DNA of 60,768 nucleotides, the filler included, from Jimgerdemannia flammicorona (Eukaryota), in assembly GCA_003990765.1 (NCBI GenBank). It is 3 parts of 3 records of this genome, joined end to end, with 100 filler letters (N's around TTAATTAATTAA, not from the genome) between each part and the next. Parts side by side here need not be neighbours in the genome. Positions count along the whole stretch, not along the records: positions 20,297 to 40,486 come from RBNJ01001739.1; 2 more parts are not named here. The stretch is one strand, 5' to 3'. Below the pieces are notes generated by a model, which saw nothing but the letters and a program-made list of their open reading frames with translations, was not told the DNA's origin and searched no databases. This document shows, piece by piece, positions 25,004 through 39,215 of this stretch. Position 1 is the stretch's first letter. Every line of letters begins with the position of its first letter. The position numbers were made by a program, and so were the translations under genes.

Positions 25004-28000
25004 TAGATCCTCAAACCAGAGCCAGAGAAGCCCTTGCCATTAGGACCAGGTGGTACCAGGAAACCATAGACCCAAGGACCCACCAGCTTGTAATTGACCA
25101 GGCTTACAAGGATCTATACCAGGCCTTTAGGACATACCACCCAGGACTTAGGAATATTGTTAGCCACCATAGGTTCTACAAACTCCTCTGAGGACACATT
25201 GGAACCACTAGGACCCCAGAATCTACTGCTGCAGCCACTCAGGATTTTTTAGATTATATTACACCCCCTGCTATAAGAGAAGCAGCTGCCAAGTGGATTG
25301 CCTCTGACAGGTATCATCATACACCAACCAAGACCTCCCTCTACTACAGGCTAGTTGTATACTATGCCTCTGCCATAATGAGGTACGAGAATGAGCAAGC
25401 AGGCCATCCATCCCCTACTGCTGAATAAGGAGCAGGCCCATCAACCCAGCCAGAGACTGATATCCTCTTTGAAGGACCTAGTCAGTATGAGGATGCACTA
25501 TCTCATCAGGGAAGGGAGTCAGATGAAGACTCTATAGGTTACCAGTCTGATGATAGCCAACAAGGAACAGTAGGCCTAGGAATTTACCAAGGAACCACAG
25601 GTTAAGAAGATCAGACCCCAGAACCAACCTAGCCACCTATACAGAGGTTTGGTTTACCCTCTCTCACAGGACTCTTTGACTTAATATCCGGGAACCAAGT
25701 AACTCCAAGTCATACAGCACCACAACCCCACTAAGCAGAACAATCTTCAGGAGAATCTACTCCAACAGGCCCACCACCAATAGTCAGCACAATGGTAGAT
25801 ATCAATATTGCAGCACTGACCACCCAGCTAGCAGCACTAGCAGGGATAGTAGGACAGATTGCTGAACAGAACAAACTAACCAAGACTTTGCGAATCCCAA
25901 CATTCAGTGGAAAAAATAGTGACATTAAAAACTTCATTAATGTAGTTGACACAGGCTACTGAGTAAACCAATGGAATGACAACTGAGTACCTATAGGAAT
26001 GCTCACCAACAACCAGAACAGCATCCTTCACCAGCTGTTTGCCACATCAGCAGCACAAGTAGAAACAGTAGCCACATTCTTCACTGGAATAGCAGCTGAA
26101 TTCTGGTGAACCTTGGAACAACACCCAGTAACCTGAGAAGCTGCCCTTAAGTCAATAGACAAGTACCCAGCAACAATAGACCAGATTGAGATGACTATGA
26201 AGCAGGCCCAGGACTCAAGGCCTTGCTACTGACCAAATTCTGAAATGTAGCTTACATATAAGAAACATGGAACAAACTGTCCCAGATGAAGTTCCACAAG
26301 AATGGCGAAGAGGATCTAGAGACTTTTGCCACCAGAATGGATGCCTATCTCAAAACTGTTAGACTTACCTATCAGGAAACAATTTGGCCATCAATGGTAC
26401 CAAAGCCAACCATCTCTTTGTAGCCCTATCAGACTGGCTCACCCAGAAGATCAAGGAACAAGGTCTTCCCCAAGGATGTCCCCACTACTCATGGTGCTTT
26501 GCCCAAGTACAAAGAAGAGCCTGCGAAATCCTAGCTGTACAAGCTCCATGGAATCAAGAACACAAGAAGGATAACCAAGATAGGAGAAACCCCACCAGGA
26601 GAAATGATCAAAGATATGATCAACAGAATGATCAAAGGAACCAGTGAAACCCCAGAGGACCCAGACCTCCTACTGAGGATGAAAAGAGGCAACTCCATAA
26701 AAAGGGATTGTGTTTCATCTGCAAGAAGGCAGGACACATCTCATTCAGATGCCCTGAGAAGAAGAATAGAACAGGTGAACCCAGTAACCAGAACATTACT
26801 GTTATTGGAGAAGGTCCAGGAAAGAAGAATCCCAAGAATGTCATCAAAGTATAGAAGATATGATACAAGGCTACCATCTCCATTAAGGCCCACCCAACTG
26901 ATACTGGATATGACCTCTATAGCCGCCAAGACCTCACCATCCCACCAAGTATCAATACTATAGTGCAAACAGAAATTGCAATATAAGCCCCCAGAGGTAC
27001 ATACATCCGCCTTGCTGAGCAAAGCAGCCTAGCCAAAGAGTTCAATATTGGGCTAGGAGGAGGAGTAGTTGACCAAGGATTTACTGGTGAAATCCATGTC
27101 ATCTTACGAAATTTTTGAGACATATCATTTGAAGTCAAAGTAGGCCAAAGAATTGCCCAAGCAATCATTGAAGAAATCCGTCAAGATCTCACCATTGAAG
27201 AAGTCCCTGAACTCTCCCAGACAGATCGTGGCAAGAAAGGGTTTGGATCCACCAACAAACCTCTCAGTCAAAAGGTCACTACCATGAAGGAAGATGATGA
27301 AAACTGGTACAAGAGAATTGCAGATGGTTATGCATCATGTGGACGATGCCCTCATTCTATTCAAATGTACTGTATAGAACATATTGGTGAATACCATGCA
27401 TACCTCTCCAAAGTTTTCAAAATTCAATCCAAGAAGCGCTAAGCTCAACAGACTGAGGAACCCAAACAAGACAACCCTCCTTGTGAAGGCTGGGGAAAAA
27501 CTGACTTTGAGGAGACTGATAGCAAATGGGACAACAATGAGGATGAAGAGCTCAATACCATCAAGAAGGAGGATAGTTGCATCAAGTTCACAGACCAAGT
27601 CCACAGACAAAATGTCAATGTCTTGCTTGATAGTGGTGCTACTGGAAACTACATCAGCACCAAGACTGCCAAGAGGATTGGAGCCCGAAGTAGACCAACT
27701 ATTGAGAAAAGAAGTGTTACCTTTAGTGATGAAAAGACTATACCATTAACTAAGATCTGTGAAGACCTTTTGCTCAAGATTGGCAAATATCAAGAGAAGT
27801 TGGACTTCAGCATTGTAGACCTCCCAGGACAAGACATTATCTTAGGAAAAGCCTGGTTGACCCAGCACAACCCAGACATCAACTAGAGAACCAATGAGGT
27901 TAACCTGACCCATGAAGGCAGAAAGATCACCCTGACACCCCAGGAAGGTACCAACCACTAAGAAATCAAAATCATCTCTGCCATTCAAATAAAGAGACTA

Positions 28001-31000
28001 TCTTGAAAAAAGGGAAACACCTACTTCATCTGTATAGTACAAGAAGTTACTGAAGCTACAAGTAGTCCAATTCCAACAGAAGCTCAAGAACTATTTGAAG
28101 AATTCCAAGATATATTCCAAGATTCTCAAGGACTCCCACCCAAGCACCAAATCCAACATAGAATTGATCTTATTCCAGGATCTGAACCCCCATATAAGAA
28201 TATCTATCAACTGGCTCAACCTGAGCTCAAGACCCTCAAGGATGAATTGACCAAACTACTGGCCCAAGGATACATTGAATCCAGCTGCTCTCCATTTGGA
28301 GCCCCCATTCTATTTGTCAAGAAGAAGGATGGCTCTCTGCGAATGTGTATTGACTACAGAGCCCTCAACAAGATCACTATCAAGAACTGGTATACCTTGC
28401 CCAGGATTGATGAGTTGCTATACCAAATCTTCAAGGCCAAGACCTTTTCTCTACTGAATTTGTGAAATGGCTACCACCAGATTCTCATTGATGAGAAGGA
28501 CATTGAGAAGACAGCTTTCTGAACACAGTTTGGACTCTACCAGTTCCGAGTCATGCCTTTTGGATTGACCAATATACCAGCAACATTCCAGTATCTGATG
28601 AATGACATCTTTAGACCACTTCTTAACATCTGTGTCCTTGTGTATATTGATGATATACTAATCTACAGTGAGACAGTAGAGCTACACTATACCCATCTCA
28701 GACAAGTACTGACCCTCCTGTAAGAATACCAGCTCTATGCCAAGATGAGCAAATGCAAGTTCTACCAAGACCAGATTGAATACCTAGGACACATCATCTC
28801 TGCTAAAGATATCAATGTAGACCCCCGAAAGGTATCAGCCCTTAAGGATATCCCTATCCCTACTACCCTCAAGCTACTCCAGCACTTTCTGGGTATTGCC
28901 GGTTATTACCAAAGGTTTATCTAAGGATACTCTGCTATTGCAGCTCTATTAACCAGTCTGGCCCACAAAGGAGTGAACATCAATGCTGAATGGACCCCTG
29001 AATATACCCTGGCTATGGACCACCTCAAGAGACTCCTTACTGAGGCCCCAGTGTTAATTGCACCTATCCCTACCAGACCATTCACTCTGATCACAGATGC
29101 CTCTGACATTACTATTGGAGTAGTACTCAGTCAAGAAGACCACCCAGTGGCCTACCTTTCCCAAAAGCTCAAGCCAGCTGAGATCCAGTATACCACTCAT
29201 GAGAAGGAACTCCTGACTATTGTCACTGCACTCCAGGAATGACACCATTTCCTCCTAGGACAGCCATTTGTAGCCTACACTGATCACCATGCACTGCGGT
29301 ATATTCACACACAGCCTATACTGACCCACAGACAAGCCTGCTGGATGGAAATCATTGCCAACTTTGATATGGAAATCAAGTATATCCCAGGCAAAACCAA
29401 CTATGTGGCTAATGGTTTCTCCAGGTACATGGAAGATGAACTTGTCTTCATAGTCGAAGTAATTGGAGATCTTACCCAAATGATCAAGTATGGCTACCAG
29501 CAAGACAGCCCCCTGATGAATTTCCTTCAATTCTACTAAGACCCAGAGGCCGAGGTTCCAGAACCCATGAGGCAAATGGCCAAGAGATTCACCTACCATG
29601 ATGGACTTATCTCCAGGGACCATGACAGAGTGGTTGTATCCAACAATAATACTCTGTGACTCAAAATCATATAGGAACTCCATGATACTCCTGCAGCAGG
29701 ATACTTTGGTTTTGAAAAGACTTACAACCTCCTTTCAAGAAAGTTCTACTGGCCAAAGATGACCAAGGATATCAACAGCTCCTTTCTCTGCTACCTTACT
29801 GATCACAAGGTTTGGTAGGTGACCTTCCAAGTCTCCTTTCCCCTAATATTACCCCCTCTACCTCAGGTTGGTTTGCTGTGCCTGCAGGGACATAGTGGGA
29901 GGAGGGCAATAGTGATGAGTTACCCCTTTATCGGTATCAGATCAGTGCTTCCTCCACTTTTTCATGGATTCTGGTACCTTCAGCTGTGTCTGGGGTGCAC
30001 TCGTTTTGGTGCAGTGCCTTCTTCCTTTTGCCGTCACCAACAAGGAGTTGTCTCGATGTATCTCGGGCTATGTAGGGAGTCAGCCGACCTTGGGCGTCAA
30101 GTGCTCAGTGTAGGTTACCTGCAGGTCCTTGGTGCCTGTAGTGGGGCCCTCTGGCTTTGGCGAGCATCCCGGCGAGCATGGTTCTGGCATAGGTGACTGC
30201 TTTTCAGGTGTTGTCGGGATGGGAGGGGAGATGGCCGTCACAGATAGGTGGAAGGGTGATTACGGTGAACCAGTAGGGTGCCAGGCTGGGGGCAGTTGTT
30301 GGGGCTGGGGCAGGTACTGCTTCAGTGGGGCCTTTTGATTGGTGTGACATAGTTAGGTAGTAGGTGTCACTATTGGCTTCTTTTGGCAGTTAGCAGGGTT
30401 GGGCCTCAGTCATCAGGGGGGGTCAGGAGGCCTGAGGCTACCCATTTCAGGCATCTTGGCTGCACTTAACTGGAACTGGGAGCTGACATGGTAACGTGAT
30501 CGAGACCCACAGGCTTGAGTAGTGGGGTATTGGGGGTTTCCTACTGCCTCACATGTAAGTCCTTTACTCATCTCAACTGAGAGAACCAGGCTCTACCCAC
30601 TGTGTTGTACTTTGATGAGGGTTTTTTATTTGCCTGTCATTCTTTTTGGGGTGGCAGAGGCTATTCTATTCGGCTTGGGCATGGTCTTGTACATATGTTG
30701 GGTTCTCAGACATGCACTTTCAGTCATTGGCATATGGTTGGGTTTCCCCTGGTGGTAGGGAGAGCATGGTGCACAGAATGAGGTATGGGCTTATTAGCCC
30801 TGCTGCGCCTGGCATGGTTGAGCTGCTGGACAATAGCTATCCTAGATTAATGGGGGGGGCAGTGCTTGGTAGATAGTGGGGGAGGGTTTTGGCCTATATA
30901 GTCTAGGTTCTTTTCCAATAAAAATTCATGAGACATGAGTCCGTTAAACAAAAAAAAAAAAAACCAAGGATATCAAAGACTTTGTAGCCACATGCAAGAT

Positions 31001-32150
31001 GTGCCAAAGGTTCAAAAGTGGTAATAAGCTACCAGCAGGACTCCTGCAACTCTTGCCTATCCCGAGTCACAATTGGGACCAGATTGTAATGGACTTCATT
31101 GTCCAACTCCCCAAGACCAAGGCAGGATGGGATGCCATCATAGTATTTGTGGACCACCTAAGTAAACAAGCATATTTTGTACCCACCAAGACTACTGCTA
31201 CAGCACCAGAGATTGCCGAGATTTTCCTCAATCAAGTATTCAGGCTACATGGCATGCCTAGCACTATTGTATCTGACTGAGATGCCAAGTTCACAAGTAA
31301 CTTCTAGAAGGTATTTTTCTCCCTCCATGGAACCAAGCTGAAGTTCTCTACTGCCTACAACCCTCAGACTGACAGTTAAACTGAGTGAACAAACAGGACT
31401 CTCAAACAGATGCTTAGCATCTTCTGCTGTTACAAGCAAAATGATTGGGACAAGTACCTAGCTCATACTGAGTTTGCCTACAACAACAGTCAGCAAACCT
31501 CTACAAAGAAGACTCCATTCTTCCTGAACCATAGTCAATACCCAAGGACCCCAAGTACTACTGCGAAATCAGCAGTCCCAGCAGCCCAAGATCTGGCCAA
31601 GACCTTTTCTGACCTTACCCAAATGACAAGAGATGCTCTCATAGAAGCACAAGACTATCAGACCAAGTACGTGAACTTGAAGTGAAGAGAAGCCTCCTAC
31701 AATATTGGTGACAAGGTCATGCTTAGAACAGACCACCTCCACCCAGACACCCTGGCACAACAACCAGCCAAGAAACTTCATACTAGAAGAATTGGACCAT
31801 ACAAGATCGTGGAAAAAATCAGCAAAGTCAACTACAAGTTGCAACTTCCCCACAATATTCGAGTACACCCAGTATTCCATATCAGCCAATTGGTAGACTA
31901 CCATGAGAACCCATTCCCTGAGTATACAGTTCCACCACTACTCCCAATTAGGATCAATGATCATGAGGAATTCAAAATTGAGGAAGTACTTGACCACAAG
32001 GTCTGCAAATATCCCAAAACAGTCAAGTGCTTTTTCCTGATCAAGTGGAAGGGTTACCCCACCCATGATACCACCTGGGAAAAAAAAGAAGCCCTAAAGA
32101 ATGTACACCAAGCCCTCCAGGATTTCATGGAAATACTCACCCCCCAGTAA
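25004..32150 (+). pseudogene. B3 pre-gag plus gag-pol (dUTPase ~26840-27255), integrase split by S
   Basis: [43 protein letters not shown], chromodomain in track ORF 31719-32150. Confidence 0.93.
29776..30962 (+). mobile_element. Retroposon S copy 3 with poly(A) tail and 14-bp TSD
   Basis: ACCAAGGATATCAA at 29762-29775 and 30963-30976; AATAAA at ~30917 then A tail; interrupts integrase at WPKMTKDI|KDF. Confidence 0.92.
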
Positions 32151-32817
32151 AGGAAGGAACTACAGCTCTAAGCATGAGAGCATACAGCGAGCAGAAGGGT
32201 ACCACATATTTTTAACTGGAAACATATAATACCAAACATTGCAGAGAAAAAGGAACACTATGGATAACCAACAAGAAGATACCTGAGCAAAAGAACAATC
32301 TAGTACAGTACAGCAAAACATATTTGAACAACTCCATTTCACACCATCCATGTCATCTCCGCTGGATGATAATGGACACTTCATGTAAAACTTAGGAAAG
32401 CCAACAATGTCGAAACCAGTCTAAGTCCATCCACGTGACAGATATTGTTACTAAGAATTGCCTCGGATTACAAGAAAGTCTATTTCTGAGAGATTCAAAC
32501 CCCCAGCCATGACAATGGGAGTCCTTGCCCTAGACAAGGATAGCCAGTCCTTGCAAATGTGCCAACCAGACAAAAAAAAAATGGACCAAGACCTGTTAAC
32601 CCTGTGTAACTACAATTATAAGTGATGATATCTTTGAAATCAGGATTTTCTCATGTGACCAGCACATGCCCTGCTTACAGCAACAGGTCATGCATTTTGC
32701 CAGAAAGTGTGACCAAAGGAAGATCACATCAGACAGGTGAATAAGTATAAATACCCAAGGCAAGAATACCCTGCAACTCTCATCCCCCTCTTCTCACAAA
32801 GAAAAGACAAGACAAGA

Positions 32818-33604
32818 ATGCCTACCACCCACCACCAAACTGCCCACCATAGCCAGCCCCTTCTAAGCCAGGTTGACTGCCTCTTTAGACACATCCAGGT
32901 TGCTATCCAAGGAAGGAAACGCCGCTCAGAGGCCCTTAACCTCTCCAGTCCAGACCTAGGACAGTATGTCCTTGACTGCTATGAAATTATTGAAAGGGCC
33001 TACCTTGCTACCAGCCACCTAGAAATCTGGCATGAATATGAAATCGGTCACCAGCTTCTCCCACCTAGACAGGCATGAGCAAAGACTTGCCAAGAAGGTC
33101 TATCAAATCATGTGCCATATACTCTTTGCAATCCCTAACCTCAACTATGTCCAACTGAAGGACTTCCAGAACCTCTCCTTCTTCGAGGTTGATGAACTAG
33201 AGATCAAGGTAGCCCAAGAAGCCAACTCCTGGATCACCCCCAAGTCCACTGACTGCGAACCCTACTGGAACCCCCTCCTGAATGACAACCCTGACCAATG
33301 GCTCCAAGGCCTCTCTGACCTCTTTGAAGGACCACCTATTCGAATGGATATTCCCAGGCATGAAGATCAAGAGCCCTACTTGGATGGCCCCAACTACATC
33401 AGATGGAGAACCCCTACACCAGCACCTATTCCAATGCAAGAACCATTTGCAGACCTCATTAACTTCTCCATTCTGGACAGCAAGCCATCTGCAACTACCA
33501 TCCCCCCTGCCCTTGAAAAAGATGGTAATGACCCTGAGGAGGATTCCCCACCTTTCTCTCCCCTAGTTCTCAATTTCTCAATCAACGAGGACATTGATTT
33601 CTAA
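32818..33604 (+). pseudogene. Family B accessory ORF3 (B3 copy, frameshifted by a ~44-bp deletion near 33062)
   Basis: Track ORFs 32737-33078 and 33032-33604 join into the B1 frame; TATAAATA at 32746-32753. Confidence 0.72.
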
Positions 33605-33615
33605 GGTGGGAAGGA

Positions 33616-34464
33616 TGTAATAAAATGAAAGAGTATGAATAGATGGGACGTGATGAAGGACAAACAGACGTGATGAATGATGAATGATGAGTGATCACAT
33701 GACCCAGCAGTGACATCATCATATGAATGAAGTACAACATATAAATTACGAATGATGAATGATGCGAGTGATGCGAAATGATACAGAAAACAATATCCAG
33801 CTTATTCCCAACAATCAGTACTGCAGCAACAGTTGCCACAGCAGCTGATCATTGTCTAGTAATTGAGGTCCTGATCACAAAGTTGTTTTTGCCAAAAACT
33901 ACCTGACAAAGGTCACGATCACAAACCTCATTATAGTTACCAAATTAGTCACTTATACTTAGTCAGAAATCACAGACCAACTTGTATAAATACCCCCCAG
34001 TTTCCATCTGAAATAAAGCAGTTTTAGTTCAGTCCTTGATACAAGAATCAAGTCCCCCCTCCACACACACATTCCCCTGAGTCTTAGTAATGACATCTAA
34101 GTGACTCTAGTGTTTCTGACTAAACTCCAGAAGCCTAGCTAACTTCTGCCAGAACTGAGACTAGTATATAAATCCCCAAAGACTTAAGAAAACCCATTGA
34201 ACCTGAATTCCAAGGCAAATTCAGTCTGTGCACAGCAAAGAACAAGACCCTCAAAATAGGGCACAAGAGAAAGACCTTTGGAACAGAAGGCAAACCAGAG
34301 AAAGACCTTTGAAAGATAAGGTACTGCTGCTACAACTACTTTAAGCGAGCACTTCCTCAAACTGAAGGCTTCTTGGTACACATTGTGTACTAAGTCCCTA
34401 AGTAATAGTCCACTTCCCTAATTATCCTAAGGATAAGAGAGGGGTAGAAGTGAGAGTTATTACA
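33616..34464 (+). repeat. Family B 3' LTR (B3)
   Basis: TGTAATAA...TTATTACA after the PPT. Confidence 0.9.
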
Positions 34465-37400
34465 GCTGATACCTTTTGGGGGTCCACATTGATACCTTCA
34501 GCAGAGATGATGTATCCTAGGTATTCAATCTGGTCTTAGTAGAACTTGCATTTGCTCATCTTGGCATAGAGCTGGTGTTCTCGCAGAAGGGTCAGTACTT
34601 GTCTGAGATGGGTGTAGTGTAGCTCTACTGTCTTGCTGTAGATTAGTATATCATCAATATACACAAGGACACAGATGTTAAGGAGTGGTCCAAAGATGTC
34701 ATTCATCAGATACTGGAATATTGCTAGTGCATTGGTCAATCCAAAAGGCATGACTTGGAACTAGTAGTGTCCAAACCGTGTTTGGAAAGCTGTCTTCTCA
34801 ATATCCTTCTCATCAATGAGAATCTGGTGGTAGCCATTTCACAAATCCAGTAGAGAAAAGGTCTTGGTCTAGAAGATTTGGTGTAGCAACTCATCAATCC
34901 TGGGCAAGGCATACTGGTTCTTGATAGTGATCTTGTTGAGGGCTCTGTAGTTAATACACATTCATAGAGAGCCATCCTTCTTCTTGACAAATAGAATGGG
35001 GGCTCCAAATGGAGAGTGGCTGGGTTCAATGTATCCTTGGGCCAGTAGTTTGGTCAATTCATCCTTGAGGGTCTTGAGCTCAGGTTGAGCCAGTTGATAG
35101 ATACTCTTGTATGGGGGTTCAGATTCTGGAATAAGATCAATTTCATGTTGAATTTGGCACTTGGGTGGAAGTCCTTGAGGATCTTGAAATACATCTTGGA
35201 ATTCTTCAAACAGTTCTTGAGCTTCTGTTGGAATTGGACTACTTGTAGCTTCAGTGACTTCTTGTACTGTACAGATGAAGTAGGTGTTTCTCTTTTTTCA
35301 AGAGAGTCTCTTCATTTGAATGGCAGAGATGATTTCAATTCCTTGGTGGTTGATATCTTTTTGAGGTATCAGGGTAATCTTTCTGCCTTCATGGGTCAGG
35401 TTAACCTTGTTAGTTCTCTAGTTGATGTCTGGGTTGTATTGGGTCAACCAGGCTTTTTCTAAGATAATGTCTTGTCCTGGGAGATCTACAATGCTGAAGT
35501 CCAACTTCTTTTGATATTTGCCAATCTTGAGCAAAAGGTCTTCACAGATCTTGGTCAATGGTGCAGTATTTCCATCACCAAAGGTAACACTTCTTTTCTC
35601 AGTAGTTGGTCTGCTTCGGGCTCCAATCCTCTTAGCAGTCTTAGTGCTGATGTAGTTTCCAGTAGCACCACTATCAAGCAAGACATTGACATTTTGTCTG
35701 TGGACTTAGCCTGTGAACTTGATGCAACTATCCTCCTTCTTGACAGTATTGAGCTCTTCATCCTCATTATTGTCCCAATTGCTGTCAGTCTCCTCGAAGT
35801 CAGTTTCTCCCCATTCTTCACAAGGAGGGTTGTCTTGTTTGGGTTTCTCAGTCTGTTGAGCTTGGCGCTTCTCGGATTGAATTTTGAAAACTTTAGAGAG
35901 GCATGCATGGCATTCACCAACATGTTCCATGCAGTATATTTGAATAGAATGAGGGCATTGTCTACATGGTGCATAACCATCTGTAATTCTCTTGTACCAG
36001 TTTTCATCATCTTCCTTCATGGTAGTGACCTTTTGACTGGGAGGTTTGTTGGTAGATCCAAACCCTTTCTTGCCATGGTCTGTCTGGGAGAGTTTGGGGA
36101 CTTCTTCAATGGTGAGATCTTAACAGATTTCTTCAATGATTGCTTGGGCAATTCTTTGGCCTACTTTGACTTCAAATGATGTATCTCCAAAATTTCACAA
36201 GATGACATGGATTTCACCAGTAAATTCTTGGTCAACTACTCCTCCTCCTAGCCCAATGTTGAACTCTTTGGCTAGGCTGCTTTGCTCAGCAAGGCAGATG
36301 TATGTACCTCTGGAGGCTTGTATTGCAATTTCTGTTCATACTGTAGCATTGGTACTTGGTGGGATGGTGAGGTCTTGGCTGCTGTAGAGGTCATATCCAG
36401 CATCAGTTGGGTGAGCCTTAGTGGGGATGGTAGCCTTGTACCATATCTTCTGTACTTTGATAACATTCTTGGGGTTCTTCTTTCCTGGGCCTTCTCCAAT
36501 GACAGTAATGTTCTGGTTACCAGGTTCACCTGCTCTATTCTTCTTTTCAGGGCATCTGAATGAGATGTGTCCTGCCTTCTTACAGATGAAACACAATCTC
36601 TTTTCATGGAGCTGCCTCTTTTCATCCTCAGTGGGAGGTCTGAATCCCCTGGGGTTTTGCTGGTTCCTTTGATAATTCTATTGATCATATCTTTGATCAT
36701 TTCTCCTGGTGGGGTTTCTCCTATCTTGGTTATCCTTCTTGTATTCTTGATTTCATAGAGCTTGTGCAGCAAGGATTTTGTGGGCTCTTCTTTGTACTTG
36801 GGCAAAGCACCATGAGTAGTGGGGACATCCTTGGGAGAGACCTTGTTCCTTGATCTTCTGGGTGAGCCAGTCTGGTAGGGCTGCAAAGAGATGGTTGGCT
36901 CTGGTACCATTGATGGCCAAATTGTTTTCCTGATAGGTAAGTCCAACAGTTTTGAGATAGGCATCTATTCTGGTGACAAAGGTCTCTAGATCCTCTTCAC
37001 CATTCTTGTGAAACTTCATCTGGGATAGTTTGTTCCATGTTTCTTGTATGTAAGCTGCATTTTGGAATTTGGTCAGTAGCAAGGCCTTGAGTCCTGGGCC
37101 TGCTTCATAGTCATCCCAACCTGGTCTATTATTGCCAGGTACTTGTCCATTGACTTAAGGGTGGGCTTCCCAGGTTACTGGGTGTTATTCCAAGGTTTGC
37201 CAGAATTCGGCTGCTGTTCCAGTGAAGAATGTGGCTACTGTTTCTACTTGTGCTGCTGATGTGGCAAACAGCTGTTGAAGGGTGCTGTTCTGGTTGTTGG
37301 TGAGCATTCCTATAGGTACTCGGTTGTCATTCCATTGGTTTGCTCAGTAGCCTGTGTCAACTGCATTGATGAAGTTTTCAATGTCACTGTTTTTTCCACT

Positions 37401-39215
37401 GAATGTTGGGATTTGCAAAGTCTTGGTTGGTTTGTTCTGTTCAGCAATCTGTCCTACTATCTCTGCTAGTGCTGCTAGCTGGGTGGTCAGTGCTGCAATG
37501 TTGATATCTACCATTGTGCTGACTATTGGTGGTGGGCCTGTTGGGGTAGATTCTCCTGAAGATTGTTCCACTTGGTGGGGTTGTGGTGCTGTATGACTTG
37601 GAGTTACTTGGTTCCCAGATATTAAGTCAAAGAGTCCTGTGAGAGAGGGTAAACCAAACCTCTGTATAGGTGGCTGAGTTGGTTCTGGGGTCTGATCTTC
37701 TTGACCTGTGGTTCTTTGGTAAATTCTTAGGCCTGCTGTTCCTTGTTGGCTATCGTCAGACTGATAACCTATAGAGTCTTCGTCTGACTCCCTTCCCTGA
37801 TGAAATAGTACATCCTTGTACTGACTAGATCCTTCAAAGAGGATATCAGTCTCTGGCTGGGTTGATGGGCCTGCTCCTTATTCAGCAGTAGGGGATGGAT
37901 GGCCTGCTTGCTCATTCTCATACCTAGTTATGGCAGAGGCATAGTATACAACTAGCCTGTAGTAGAGGGAGGTCTTGGTTGATATATGATGATACCTGTC
38001 AGAGGCACTCTACTCAGCAGCTGCTTCTCTTGCAGCAGGGGGTGTAGTATAATCTAAAAAATCCTGGGTGGCTGCAGCAGTAGATTCTGGGGTCCTAGTG
38101 GTTCCAATGTGTCCTCAGAGGAGTTTGTAGAACCTATGGTGGCTAACAATATTCCTAAGTCCTGGGTGGTATGTTCTAAAGGCCTGGTATAGATCCTTGT
38201 AAGCCTGGTCAATTACAAGCTAGTGGGTCCTTGGGTCTGTGGTTTCCTGGTACCACCTGGTCCTAATGGCAAGAGCTTCTCTGGCTCTGGTTTGAGGATC
38301 CACAGTTATTTCTGGGGATTACTCCTGTCCAAGGTTGGTCTTGTTCCAATGTCAGGAGTGTGTTCTTTGGTGCCTTCTTGGCTGGTAATCCGCTGCTACC
38401 AAGTTGTAATAACTTTCACTTCTACCCCTCTCTTATCCTTAGGATAATTAGGGAAGTGGACTATTACTTAGGGACTTAGTACACAATGTGTACCAAGAAG
38501 CCTTCAGTTTGAGGAAGCACTCGCTTAAAGTAGTTGTAGCAGCAGTGCCTTATCTTTCAAAGGTCTTTCTCTGGGTTGCCTTCTGTTTCAAAGGTCTTTC
38601 TCTTGTGCCCTATTTTGAGGGTCTTGTTCTTTGATATGCACAGACTGAATTCGCCTTGAAATTCAGGTTCAATGGGTTTACTTAAGTCTTTGGGGATTTA
38701 TATACTGGTCTCAGTTCTGGCAGAAGTTAGCTAGGCTTCTGGAGTTTAGTCAGAAACACTAGAGTCACTTAGATGTTATTACTAAGACTCAGGGGAATGT
38801 ATATGTGTGGGGGGACTTGATTCTTGTATCAAGGACTGAATTAAAAACTGCTTTATTTCAGATGAAAAACTGGGGGGTATTTATACAAGTTGGTCCATGA
38901 TTTCTGCCTAAGTATGAGTGACTAATTTGGTAACTATAATGAGGTTTGTGATTGTGACCTTTGTCAGGTGGTTTTTGGTAAAGAATATCTTTGTGATCAG
39001 GACCTCAATTACTAGGTAATGATCAGCAGCTGTGGCAACTATTGTTGTAGTACCAGTTGTCAGGGATAAGCTGGATATCATTTTTCATATCATTTCGCAT
39101 CATTCATCCATTTGTTATACATATGCCATGCTCGATCGTATGATGACGTCATCACTGGGTCATGTGATCATTCATCTCATCACATCCCATCTGTTCACTC
39201 ATTTGTTCTATTACA
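34465..39215 (-). mobile_element. Family B copy B4, 5' half (RT to gag, PBS, 5' LTR 38405-39215)
   Basis: Colinear with 14911-19641; dUTPase ~36050-36465; PBS 38390-38401. Confidence 0.93.

Larger units (their letters stand above)
24088..34464 (+). mobile_element. Family B copy B3 (two LTRs of different subtype, no TSD, carries an S insertion)
   Basis: LTRs at 24088-24901 and 33616-34464, PBS 24905-24916, PPT AAGGTGGGAAGGA 33603-33615. Confidence 0.93.

Noticed and set aside
35472..36964. Alternative-frame and antisense ORFs over B gag/dUTPase (235 aa, 230 aa)
   Set aside because: Explained by codon bias of the overlapping gag-pol frame; lengths vary between copies
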